DNA of 64,000 nt from an uncultured Acidobacteriota bacterium (GCA_963741955.1 CAVUKB010000006.1:416001-480000), one strand, 5' to 3'. Counted from the first letter of the stretch, positions 51,448-60,222 are shown. Numbers and translations: made by a program. Notes: generated from the letters alone by a model not told the origin.

Positions 51448-51882
51448 CTACCCCTTCCAGCTCTCCTTCGCCTCCACGAGGAGCTTCCGCTCCGACTCGA
51501 AGCTCGCCAGCCGGATGCCTTCGTCGATCTCGAACCACACCGCGTCGTCGACTTCGCTCAGCTGCGGACGGATCTCTCCCGCGAGGTAATCCATGAGAAA
51601 GAAATCGACCTGCTTCCTGATCAGGCCGTCACCCGCGCGAAAGAAATACTCGATCGTGTCCAGGAGTCGGATGGAGCGAGCTTCGAGGCCGGTCTCCTCC
51701 TGCACCTCGCGGACGGCCGCCTGTTCCGGCGTTTCACCCTTGCTGACCGCTCCTTTCGGAAGGCCCCAGCGGGTTCTTCCGCGGGTCGCGATCATGGCGA
51801 CGCGCAACGCGCCATCCACCTCGTCGAGGACCACTCCTCCGGCCGAATGCTCGTAGCGGATGCGTCTTTTCGAGTCGGCCAT
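51448..51882 (-). CDS. NUDIX hydrolase
   Basis: LPKGAVSKGETPEQAAVREVQEETGL Nudix box. Confidence 0.93.
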   Translation of the reverse strand: MADSKRRIRYEHSAGGVVLDEVDGALRVAMIATRGRTRWGLPKGAVSKGETPEQAAVREVQEETGLEARSIRLLDTIEYFFRAGDGLIRKQVDFFLMDYLAGEIRPQLSEVDDAVWFEIDEGIRLASFESERKLLVEAKESWKG

Positions 51883-51993
51883 TCCTGCATTGTACCCTGC
51901 CGGAGCGTCCGGTCTCCCCGCCGGCTTGCATGGACGGGCGGAGATTTTCGGCGTACATTGAATGTATCGACAACTCGGAGCGAAGGAGGGAAC

Positions 51994-52428
51994 ATGCCCT
52001 GGCTAGGTGCATTGACCGCCGCAGGTATCGTCGTCGCAGGCATCCTGGTTTGGCTCCTGGTGAAAATGTTCACCAAGGACCATCTGGATGAGATCCTCAC
52101 CAAACACAAGGCCGACGCGAAAATCTTCGGCCGCGCGGAGCTCGTTGAAGGTCGTGACCACATTCCGGTCGCGCTGGCGCTCTGCGGAGACGTCTTCTAT
52201 TACGAGAATCCCGACCTCCAGGCGAGGCTCGAGCTCGAGCGTGTGGACGAAGTGGAGTATGGAAACACTCTCGTGATCGGCCAGGAAGTCGCGGACGGCA
52301 GCGTGCTGCGGCTTCGCGCGCACGGTGCCGCGTTCGAGTTCCTTCTGTCGAAGGACGAGACCGCACGGTGGCAGAAGGTGCTCCCGGCGCGGATGATCAG
52401 CAACAGTCCGGTGCGCGCGCAGGCATAG
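51994..52428 (+). CDS. Hypothetical protein with N-terminal membrane anchor
   Basis: AAGGAGG RBS; one TM helix then a beta-rich domain. Confidence 0.7.
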   Translation: MPWLGALTAAGIVVAGILVWLLVKMFTKDHLDEILTKHKADAKIFGRAELVEGRDHIPVALALCGDVFYYENPDLQARLELERVDEVEYGNTLVIGQEVADGSVLRLRAHGAAFEFLLSKDETARWQKVLPARMISNSPVRAQA

Positions 52429-52673
52429 CCGCATCTCGATAGAGCGACGTCGGAGGCCGGGGTGACGCTCGGCTGCCGGCCCGCGCGCGCCTGACGAGCA
52501 ACTCACGCGTGCGGATCCGCCGATCCGCCCCGTGCGTCCCGCCGCCGCCCGTCATCGAATGGTCCCCGACCTGCGACCCCGGCTTCGCGTGTCACCGCTT
52601 TTCCTCCCTCTTTCGCGCACCACGCGATCCTTCTCCGATTGTGAACAGCTCCCTCCCCGGATCTGGTGCACAC

Positions 52674-52701
52674 AAAAAAAGGGCGCCCATGCGGGCGCCC
52701 T
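52674..52701 (-). terminator. Intrinsic terminator of the frameshifted secreted-protein gene
   Basis: A7-GGGCGCCC-ATGC-GGGCGCCC-T, ~22 nt past the stop at 52724. Confidence 0.8.
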
Positions 52702-52723
52702 CGAGGAGTCGGCGGAGGGAGTT

Positions 52724-54272
52724 CTATTGCGAGGAGAGGGTTCCCTGCCGCCCGCTCATCACGAAACCGGCTTCGCTGCAGTACCGGCCGCCGTCGTGCG
52801 CCGCCCACCAGCTGCTGGAGGTCGAGCACGTGTACGGCCAGCCGTAGTCGTAACCGGCCGGGAGGAGTTGCACTGTGGGGGAGACTTCCATGCGCTTCGC
52901 TCCATCCGAGAGTTGCAGGGCGACGCCGTAATCGACGCCGAGGCGCTGGCCGTCACCGGTGGAGTCGGTGCTGCTCTGGTTCCAGGTCCAGAAGCCGCTC
53001 TGGAGAGTGGCCGGAGGGATTGCGCTGCAGTAGACGTTCGGATTGCCGGCGTTGCAGAATCCCTGCGAGTGATACGTCACGTCGCCGGAGTAATGCGAGA
53101 CGTAAATGCTGGTCTGGCTCGCGATTCCGGTGGTCCAGCTGTTGGAGCAGACCTCGTACCAGGTGTAGTTCTGATATCCGTCGGCGCAACTTCCGTGACC
53201 TGAAGCGTTCGACCAGGAGCTCGTCGCTGCCACGTTCGCCAGAGCGAACGAATCGAGTGTCAGTCCCTGTGAGGTCTCGTCGACCGAGAGAGTGGCGAGG
53301 GGAAAGGTGAACTCTCCGTAGTAGTAGGCCCAGAACGGTGCGGCCGGAGTAGAAGCCGTCCCGCCCCTGGTCGACTGAGACATCCTGCGTGCCCGGGTAG
53401 CTGTACCAGCCGTCGATGATAGTGCGGTCGTGAACGTCGTAGTCATACGCACTGATCGACCATGCCGCAGGGGTCACGACCTGCTGCGGGTCCGCTCTCT
53501 GCCGGAGTCGCCGCCGCGATCTCGATGCTTCCGTCGACGGCGTTGTTGCTGCTGTCGTAGTCACCCGGGGTCACGTTCGAGAGTCTCACCGTCATCTTCT
53601 TCGTACCTGCCGCGGCGAAAACGTGGGAGAACTGACAGGTCACCGCACTCCCGGCGTTCACCCAGATGCCGTTCGCCTGGTCGACCGTCGCACCATCGAC
53701 GTCGAGGACGCAGTTCGCGTCGGCTCCCGTGTCGCCGTTCACCTCGTTCACCAGGGCCGAGATGGTCACCTTGGTGCTCATCGGCGCCTGCGCCGGGGCA
53801 TCGATCGAATTGACGGCCAGGTCCGGAGCGAGACGCACGGTGGCGTCGGCTTCGACCACATCACTCCGCTTGTCGATCCCGGAGACGTTGGCCTGAATCT
53901 CCACTCTCTCGCCGGTCATCACGTCCGGAAGATCGAGAACCGCGGTCGGCGCCCGACGGCTTGAAGTTGCGGCTCAACCGGAGCTTCCCATTCGCGTCGT
54001 AAATCTTGAGTTGCATCTTGTCGATGTTGCCGGCCGGTGCGCCGTCACCCGCCCGCGAGGCGATCGCCGTGAGGGTGGTGGTGCTCTGACCCCGAAGCGC
54101 CGTGACCGTCAGCTCGGCATTGCCGGAGCGGCCGGTCGCTTTCGCGGCTCTCGGTCACCTTGTACTTTTCCGTATTGGAGTGAAAAACCGGACTCGTGAT
54201 GTCCTCGGCAAACACGACCCCGCTCATCATCACCAGCATCCCGACGGCTGCAAAAATCTTCTCTCCTCGCAT
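52724..54272 (-). pseudogene. Secreted CARDB/Ig-like domain protein interrupted by four +1 frameshifts
   Basis: GAGGAG RBS and signal peptide at 54272; coding-like sequence continues across five successive frames (shifts near 54150, 53955, 53495, 53340); PDLAVNSIDAP...PGDYDSSNN is CARDB-like. Confidence 0.7.
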
Positions 54273-54357
54273 GTTCGACTCCTCTTCGTTTCGTTCGGGT
54301 TCTGCAGCAGGAGTCGTACGGGTGGCAGGAAAAATACAGGGAGCCGAACGGTCGGAG

Positions 54358-55045
54358 GGCATCGCGGATCGTGGATCGAAAAGCAGCGCGGATCGTGGAT
54401 TGAGGATCGTGGATCTGAAAGACATCGATTATCGTGTATCGCGCATCGAGGATCCGAGATGCATCGACGCTCGAGGTTCCGCGGCCAGCCCCGTAGGGGC
54501 GTTTGACAATAGCCCAGGACGCAGTCCTGGGGTTCCGGTCCTGCAGCCCACACTCCCTCAGCCCCGGAGGGGCGATTGAACCATCCCATTCCTCGAGGCT
54601 CGAAGGACATCGTGGATCGTGGATTGAGGATCGCGGATCTGAAAGACATCGATTATCGCGTATCGCGCATCGAGGATCCGAGGTGCATCGACGCCCGTGG
54701 TTCGGGCACAGCCCCGTAGGGGCGTTTGACAATAGCCCGGGACGCAGTCCTGGGTTTCCGGTCCTGCAGCCCACACTCCCTCAGCCCCGGAGGGGCGATT
54801 GAACCATCCCATTCCTCGAGGCTCGAAGGACATCGTGGATCGTGGATTGAGGATCGCGGATCTGAAAGACGTCGAGGGGCTCGCATCGTGGATCAAACAG
54901 CCTCGCGCATCGAGGATCCGAGGTGCATCGACGCCCGTGGTTCGGGCACAGCCCCGTAGGGGCGTTTGACAATAGCCCGGGACGCAGTCCTGGGTTTCCG
55001 GTCCGGAAGCGCCCCGAGAGCCCCGTAGGGGCCATTGAACGATTG
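54358..55045. repeat. Three tandem REPIN-like units (spacing 223 and 240 bp)
   Basis: GCCCCGTAGGGGCGTTTGACAATAGCCC(A/G)GGACGCAGTCCTGGG at 54488, 54711, 54951 with near-identical GATC-rich linkers. Confidence 0.9.
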
Positions 55046-55206
55046 AACCATCCGATTCCTCGACCCGCGGACGTTCGTGAACGTTCCGCCGCTCAGAAAT
55101 CAGTGCCCGAGCGGAGATTTCACGAAAACGACCGTCGAATCGCAGTGGACTGCCATCGTTTCGAGTTGGAGACTTCCAGGCTGGCAGGAGAAAGGAATTT
55201 CAGAGT

Positions 55207-55284
55207 TGGGGTGGGTAGTGGGATTCGAACCCACGACCTTCGGAGCCACAATCCGACGTTCTAACCAACTGAACTATACCCACC
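55207..55284 (-). tRNA. tRNA-His (GTG)
   Basis: G-1 GTGGGTA / TACCCAC-C-CCA; anticodon arm TCGGA-TTGTGGC-TCCGA; GTTCGAATC. Confidence 0.97.
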
Positions 55285-55313
55285 ACAAGGGGCAAACAAC
55301 GACGCGGGCGATC

Positions 55314-55390
<77 letters not shown>

Positions 55391-55416
55391 ACGGAACCGC
55401 GCCGCAGAGGCCCGGC

Positions 55417-55446
55417 AATCTAAATCCACGCCCCTGCGACTGTCAA
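55417..55446 (-). promoter_or_regulatory. Putative sigma-70 promoter of the tRNA-Pro/His pair
   Basis: TTGACA (55446-55441), 18 nt, TAGATT, then GC-rich discriminator GCCGGGCC. Confidence 0.55.
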
Positions 55447-55512
55447 GCAACATGGCGGGTGCGAATCGAATTTCGCAGATTCCAGGCGACTCGAATTCGG
55501 CTCGTACAGCAA

Positions 55513-55610
55513 CCCGGGGACTGCGACCCGGGCTATTGTCAAACGCCCCTACGGGGCTGTCCCCGAACCTCGGCCCTCGATGTCTTTCAGATCCTCGATC
55601 CGCGATGCCT
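55513..55610. repeat. Partial inverted REP-like unit
   Basis: CCCGGGGACTGCGACCCGGGCTATTGTCAAACGCCCCTACGGGGC, the reverse complement of the 54488-type unit. Confidence 0.8.
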
Positions 55611-55650
55611 TTCGAGCTTGTCACCCTCCGCTCTTCGACGGCTGCGCGTC

Positions 55651-56601
55651 TCATCGGGCGGTCGGACGTGCGCCGGTCAGCTCATGCTCGAACCATTTCC
55701 ACGTCCGCGCGAGACCGTCTTCCAGTTCGACCGGCTCGGGAAGTCCGGTCAGGTTGCGAAGCTTCGTCCCATCGAGGACGCTCCTCTGCTGCTCGCCGGC
55801 TTTCGCCGGGCCGTGAACGGACGGGACCTCGATCCCGGAGACCTTCCGCAGGGTCGCGTAGAGGTCGACCACCGAAGTCTCGACCCCGGTTCCGACGTTG
55901 AAGGAGCCTTCGAGCTTCATCGAAGAGGCAGCCATGTTCGCGCGAACGACATCGGCGACGAAGACGTAGTCGCGGGTCTGAGCTCCGTCGCCGTTGATGG
56001 TCACCGGCTCGCCCCGCAGCATTTTCCCGGCGAAGATCGCGACCACTCCCGCTTCGCCGTCCGCGCGCTGCCTCGGGCCGTAGACGTTCGCGTAGCGGAG
56101 CGCCACCGCGGAGAGGCCGAAGACCTGGCGGTAGTAGTTGAGGTACTGCTCGAATGCGAACTTCGAGCAGCCATACGGCGACATCGGCATGGCGGGATGT
56201 TCCTCGGTCTGAGGGACGTGGATCGGATCGCCGTAGATCGCTCCGCCGCTCGACGCGAAGACGATCCGCTCGACGCCGGACTCCTTCGCCGCTTGCAGCA
56301 GACGCAACGCTCCGACGACGTTCACCTCTGCGTCGAAAGCCGGATCGGCCACCGAGTGCCGGACGTCCATCTGCGCTGCGTGATGACTGACCAGATCGAC
56401 ACCGCCTTCGAACGCACGCGCCACGGCACCGGCGTCGTTGAGGTCACCAACGACGAGCTCCGCACGCGGGTCGACGTTCTCACGCCGTCCCGTCGAAAGG
56501 TTGTCGAGAATGCGCACCTTCCAACCGTCGGCGAGATATGCGTCGGCCAGATGCGATCCGATGAAGCCGGCCCCGCCGGTAATGAGAACGGTTTTCGTCA
56601 T
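55651..56601 (-). CDS. NAD-dependent NDP-sugar epimerase/dehydratase (GalE/WbpP-like extended SDR)
   Basis: [27 protein letters not shown] (YxxxK), [18 protein letters not shown]. Confidence 0.93.
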   Translation of the reverse strand: MTKTVLITGGAGFIGSHLADAYLADGWKVRILDNLSTGRRENVDPRAELVVGDLNDAGAVARAFEGGVDLVSHHAAQMDVRHSVADPAFDAEVNVVGALRLLQAAKESGVERIVFASSGGAIYGDPIHVPQTEEHPAMPMSPYGCSKFAFEQYLNYYRQVFGLSAVALRYANVYGPRQRADGEAGVVAIFAGKMLRGEPVTINGDGAQTRDYVFVADVVRANMAASSMKLEGSFNVGTGVETSVVDLYATLRKVSGIEVPSVHGPAKAGEQQRSVLDGTKLRNLTGLPEPVELEDGLARTWKWFEHELTGARPTAR

Positions 56602-57018
56602 TCAGTTCCCCTTCTCCCCTTTCTCCAGAATCAAGGTCTGTCGCTGCGACAGTTCCTGGCGGTCATTGAGCACCCTTCCTTCCATCTCGATCCAAGCGTG
56701 GCCGATCACGGCCTTTCCGGGATCTCGGTCGAGCGACACACGTAGAACGGCGGGATATCCCCGGCGCAGAAGCATGTCGCGAAGTGCGAGAGACCTGGTA
56801 AGGCAAGCCGGACGGAGAACGTGCCACCGGGCCGCCGCAGCAAGATCCCGTGCGATCGTCTCCGCGGACTTCGCCGGGACGCGCCGTGCCGGCTTTATCG
56901 GCAGAAGCATCGTCCGGATGACGTGTCGGGGGCGGAATGCGACCATCGCACTCGCCCAGGTCAGCCGAAGGTACGCCTCGGCGAACAGCAACAGGTCTGA
57001 CACGGTGAACGGCGGCAT
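56602..57018 (-). CDS. Lasso-peptide B2-type (transglutaminase-like) cysteine leader peptidase
   Basis: ACLTRSLAL...RRG...GHAWIE...LND Cys-His-Asp pattern; start moved to ATG 57018. Confidence 0.85.
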   Translation of the reverse strand: MPPFTVSDLLLFAEAYLRLTWASAMVAFRPRHVIRTMLLPIKPARRVPAKSAETIARDLAAAARWHVLRPACLTRSLALRDMLLRRGYPAVLRVSLDRDPGKAVIGHAWIEMEGRVLNDRQELSQRQTLILEKGEKGN

Positions 57019-57037
57019 AACCCCGGTTCCCCGGCAC

Positions 57038-57304
57038 TCACTCTTTCGGGCTGACGAAACCGCGATCGCGGAGGAGCTCGAGAAAATCCGCGACGTCCCG
57101 ATCCGCTTCCTCGCGAGGAATTCCGTATTCGCGCGCAAGCTCGGTGGCAATGGCGGCGTCGTCATTCTCGCGGAGCCGCTTCCAGATGAAGCTCCCGGTC
57201 GGATTCAGCCCGAGGGTCGTGCCGGTCGCAACGTCGACGAGCACGGCTTCCGGTCCGACCATCTGCCAGGCAACGGACGATGTCGTTTCCCATTTCATGT
57301 TCAC
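57038..57304 (-). CDS. PqqD family / RiPP recognition element (RRE)
   Basis: EAVLVD....LGLNPTGSFIW...LAREY......DVADFLELLRDRGFV; ~86-88 aa; AGGAG RBS. Confidence 0.92.
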   Translation of the reverse strand: MNMKWETTSSVAWQMVGPEAVLVDVATGTTLGLNPTGSFIWKRLRENDDAAIATELAREYGIPREEADRDVADFLELLRDRGFVSPKE

Positions 57305-57311
57305 GTTGCTC

Positions 57312-58121
57312 CTACGATTTTCTCGCCACCACGTGCGCGTATCCGTGAATCACAGTTGCGACGATCTCGTACCCCGCCTCCCTCAACTCGTCTTCAACTT
57401 CGCCGGGCGTGTACATACGGCGATAGAAGAATGTCGCCATAGACTCTCCGGGCTCGAGCGGCCGCCGTCCCAGGATTCTACGGAGGACGCTCGCCACCCG
57501 TCGTCTCACGCCGACGGAGCGCGATTCGCCGCCCCGCTTCCAGAACGATACGAGCAGAGGCGCGCCCGGTCGCAGACCGCGATGGATGGCGCGGAGGAAT
57601 TCTATCCTACGCTCCCGTCCGATCATGTGGGTGTACGCCGCCCATCCGACCACGGCGCCGTCGAATGGAGCATTTCTCTCCGGAACCGCGTCCGGAGCAG
57701 CGAAGAGTGTCTCTACCGAACCTCGAGGAGCGAGCTTCTCGACGTTTGCGCAGAGCTCGCGATACAACTCCGGAACACACTCGGTCGCCGTGACCTGATG
57801 GCCCCGCCGGACCAGATCGAGGACCTCCCGCCCTCCACCTGCACTGGTCACGAGGAGATGTCCGTCCGCCGGAAAGTGCTTCGTGATCGCTCTCTCTTCC
57901 CACGCGTAAAGCCCGGCCAGAGTGTGGTGGTCGTCCCGGTACTTCCCGTCCGTCCGGTAGTCCTCGGCCGTCATACGGTCGAGCGTTTCATCCGATGCAA
58001 AACAGAAGATCAGCAACTCTACGGCAGCGATCCAGTGGCGTACGAAGAAATTCGGAAGGCGGTAGGCCGCACGGAGCAGCTTCACGGTACCGCTCGCACG
58101 CGTTTTCGTCGGAGGCGTCAT
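57312..58121 (-). CDS. Class I SAM-dependent methyltransferase
   Basis: LLVTSAGGGRE (motif I variant), VTATEC, FDGAVVGW, LRPGAPLLVS; ATGA overlap with the upstream gene. Confidence 0.8.
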   Translation of the reverse strand: MTPPTKTRASGTVKLLRAAYRLPNFFVRHWIAAVELLIFCFASDETLDRMTAEDYRTDGKYRDDHHTLAGLYAWEERAITKHFPADGHLLVTSAGGGREVLDLVRRGHQVTATECVPELYRELCANVEKLAPRGSVETLFAAPDAVPERNAPFDGAVVGWAAYTHMIGRERRIEFLRAIHRGLRPGAPLLVSFWKRGGESRSVGVRRRVASVLRRILGRRPLEPGESMATFFYRRMYTPGEVEDELREAGYEIVATVIHGYAHVVARKS

Positions 58122-58939
58122 CGACCTGCGCCGGCGTCCTCGAGAGCGCGGACGAACGGCTCCCACACCGGCGCTTCCGGCGACCATCCCATCCGAAACA
58201 CCGGAATGCTCTCGACGAGATTCTGGATGTTCAAGAGCGTCGCCTCCCACAGCCCGCGAACCGGATACACACGCAGCGACCGGACCAGAGCCTTCACCGC
58301 GTCTCCTCGCTCGAGCCGTGACAGCGAGAACCGGGCACTCTTGTCCAGCTCGGCCACAGCCCCCATCGCCACCATCCCGCGAGGGGCATCCATCGCAGCC
58401 AGCGCGCCCCAGAAGCCGTTGGCACCGAGCACGAACGGCATCCCTCGCACCACCACTTCCTCATCGGAAATGACGTCGAAAGGGCTCGTGGAAGCAAGCG
58501 TCGTTTTTCCCGCCCCCGAGGGACCGAAGAAGGCCCAACCACGCGCCCCGTCGGACACCGCAGCTCCGTGCAGCGCGAATCCGCCGTCCAGCGGGAGCAC
58601 CGCGGTCAGAGCGGTTCTCAACGCCGCCATGAATGCGTACGTACAGCGGTGGCGGCGAAATAGACTTCCCCTCCGCTCGAATGGAAGGACCTCGGCCTGA
58701 AAGTCGTCGTGGACGACTCGCACACGATCCTCGAACCAGACGATGCGAGCCGGGGTTCCGCGCTTCGGTACGTCGGGGAATTGAAAGATCGCCTCCGGCA
58801 CGATGTCCATCCGGAATTCCGGGAGCGGCGAGACGGCGGTGGGGGTTCCGATGGTTCGGAGGTAAGTTTCTTCTTCCTGAGTAAACGGGAAGCCGCCGAG
58901 ATTTTCGATCCGAAATGGAAGTTCCGCGAGATGGATCAA
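58118..58939 (-). CDS. HPr kinase-related P-loop protein
   Basis: FALHGAAV...FFGPSGAGKTTLA...VISDE; ATGA overlap with the radical SAM gene. Confidence 0.8.
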   Translation of the reverse strand: MIHLAELPFRIENLGGFPFTQEEETYLRTIGTPTAVSPLPEFRMDIVPEAIFQFPDVPKRGTPARIVWFEDRVRVVHDDFQAEVLPFERRGSLFRRHRCTYAFMAALRTALTAVLPLDGGFALHGAAVSDGARGWAFFGPSGAGKTTLASTSPFDVISDEEVVVRGMPFVLGANGFWGALAAMDAPRGMVAMGAVAELDKSARFSLSRLERGDAVKALVRSLRVYPVRGLWEATLLNIQNLVESIPVFRMGWSPEAPVWEPFVRALEDAGAGR

Positions 58940-59982
58940 GCGCTCGCGCGCTCCTTCCGGCGCCGCTCTTCGGCGACCTCCCAGGCGATCTCCGCGCGCG
59001 TGAGGAACGCCGGGTCGGGGTTCAGAGGATCCCCGGTCGCCTCGGCGGCGAGCGCGGGACAGTACGAGTAGATCGAATACGGAGGTTCCATCGTGCGCAT
59101 CCGTCCATTCGCGTCGTCTGCAACCGTCGCAGCATCGCGCCGGACCTGCGAGGTCCTCCAGAGCTCACGAAGCCGGATCTCACGTACGTTCCCCAGAGAC
59201 GTATGCCGCCACTGGATACAGGGGAAGACGTTTCCTTCGGGGTCAACGGCCATGGTGATGCGCCCCAGCCCGCAGTTGGCGGCCTTCTCCGGACGCTCGA
59301 TGAATCCGAGGGTATTCGATTCGAGTCCGATCTCGGCAACCCGCCGCATCGCGTCACGCGAGGCGGTGTAAACCAGTGGACCACGATCTCCATCGTCGCG
59401 GGGAGTGATCGTCGCATCCATCCGGTACTTCACGCCGAGGGAGGCAGCGAGGTCGAGCATCTGATCGATCTGATGCTCGTTCAGATTCGTCACGGGCGTC
59501 TTCAGAAGTACTCGCACTCCTTCATCACGAAGGCGCGTCAACCCGGAGAGCATCGCGTCGAAGGACCCCGGGAGTCCGGTCGTCCGGTCGTGGACGTCCC
59601 GCGTCGCCCCGTGCATGCTGATCTCCACAGCTGCCGGCTGCAACGCAGCGATCTCTTTCGCCGTCTCCGCGTCGACCAGACTTCCGTTCGTGAAGACCCG
59701 CAATGCGAACGCGCGTTCCCGAACCGCCTTCGCTACGGAAAGGAAGTCCGGGCTCGCCAGCGCTTCTCCTCCCGTGAGTGTGACGGTGAGGGTGCCGAGC
59801 TCGCGTAGATCGTCGAGGACGGTCATCCATTCGTCGCGCTCGAGCCGGCGGACATCGGAATGCCGCGGGTTGTAGCAGAAGACGCACCTCCAGTTGCAGC
59901 GGTACGTCAGCTCGAGAGACGCGGTGAGGGGCTGAGCGAGTGCGAATGCCCGGTCGGAGAACGAGCTGGAAGGAGTACCCAT
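58936..59982 (-). CDS. Radical SAM peptide maturase with truncated SPASM/Twitch domain
   Basis: LELTYRCNWRCVFCY, LTGGE, FTNG, ISMHG...HDRTTG..GSF; C-terminal NCGLG...EGNVFPC...LGNV...YCPA. Confidence 0.92.
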   Translation of the reverse strand: MGTPSSSFSDRAFALAQPLTASLELTYRCNWRCVFCYNPRHSDVRRLERDEWMTVLDDLRELGTLTVTLTGGEALASPDFLSVAKAVRERAFALRVFTNGSLVDAETAKEIAALQPAAVEISMHGATRDVHDRTTGLPGSFDAMLSGLTRLRDEGVRVLLKTPVTNLNEHQIDQMLDLAASLGVKYRMDATITPRDDGDRGPLVYTASRDAMRRVAEIGLESNTLGFIERPEKAANCGLGRITMAVDPEGNVFPCIQWRHTSLGNVREIRLRELWRTSQVRRDAATVADDANGRMRTMEPPYSIYSYCPALAAEATGDPLNPDPAFLTRAEIAWEVAEERRRKERASA

Positions 59983-59989
59983 CAGGCGC

Positions 59990-60154
59990 TCAGCTGAAGG
60001 TTCCGCCGATCTGACAACCCGTATCGCCCACCGTCTTCGAGCAGCTCACTCCGACGGCGGCAGCATCGAGCTGCTGTTCCCAGGCGATGGCTGGCTTCTC
60101 GTAATCTGGCCGGTGCTCTCCCTGGCTCTCGGAGGGGGTTTCTGTTTCTTTCAA
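59990..60154 (-). CDS. Putative RiPP precursor peptide, 54 aa (MKETETPSESQGEHRPDYEKPAIAWEQQLDAAAVGVSCSKTVGDTGCQIGGTFS)
   Basis: AAGGAG 5 nt before TTG 60154; YxxP leader motif; small-residue core with two Cys; stop 7 nt before the rSAM ATG. Confidence 0.8.
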   Translation of the reverse strand: MKETETPSESQGEHRPDYEKPAIAWEQQLDAAAVGVSCSKTVGDTGCQIGGTFS

Positions 60155-60222
60155 CAGGTCTCCTTGTGGTGTACCTACGAGTTTACTTGAAAAACCAGCC
60201 ATGTTCCTGCGAATCAGGCCGG

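Noticed and set aside
54358-55045. CRISPR array
   Set aside because: Units are 223-240 bp with near-identical linkers rather than unique 30-40 bp spacers; the same unit is dispersed elsewhere; no cas genes.
57038-60154. PQQ biosynthesis (pqqA/D/E)
   Set aside because: The peptide lacks the PqqA ExxxY motif, and there is no pqqB or pqqC.
56602-60154. Classical lasso peptide cluster
   Set aside because: No asparagine synthetase-like cyclase in the window, and the peptide lacks a Thr at -2 of a plausible core start.
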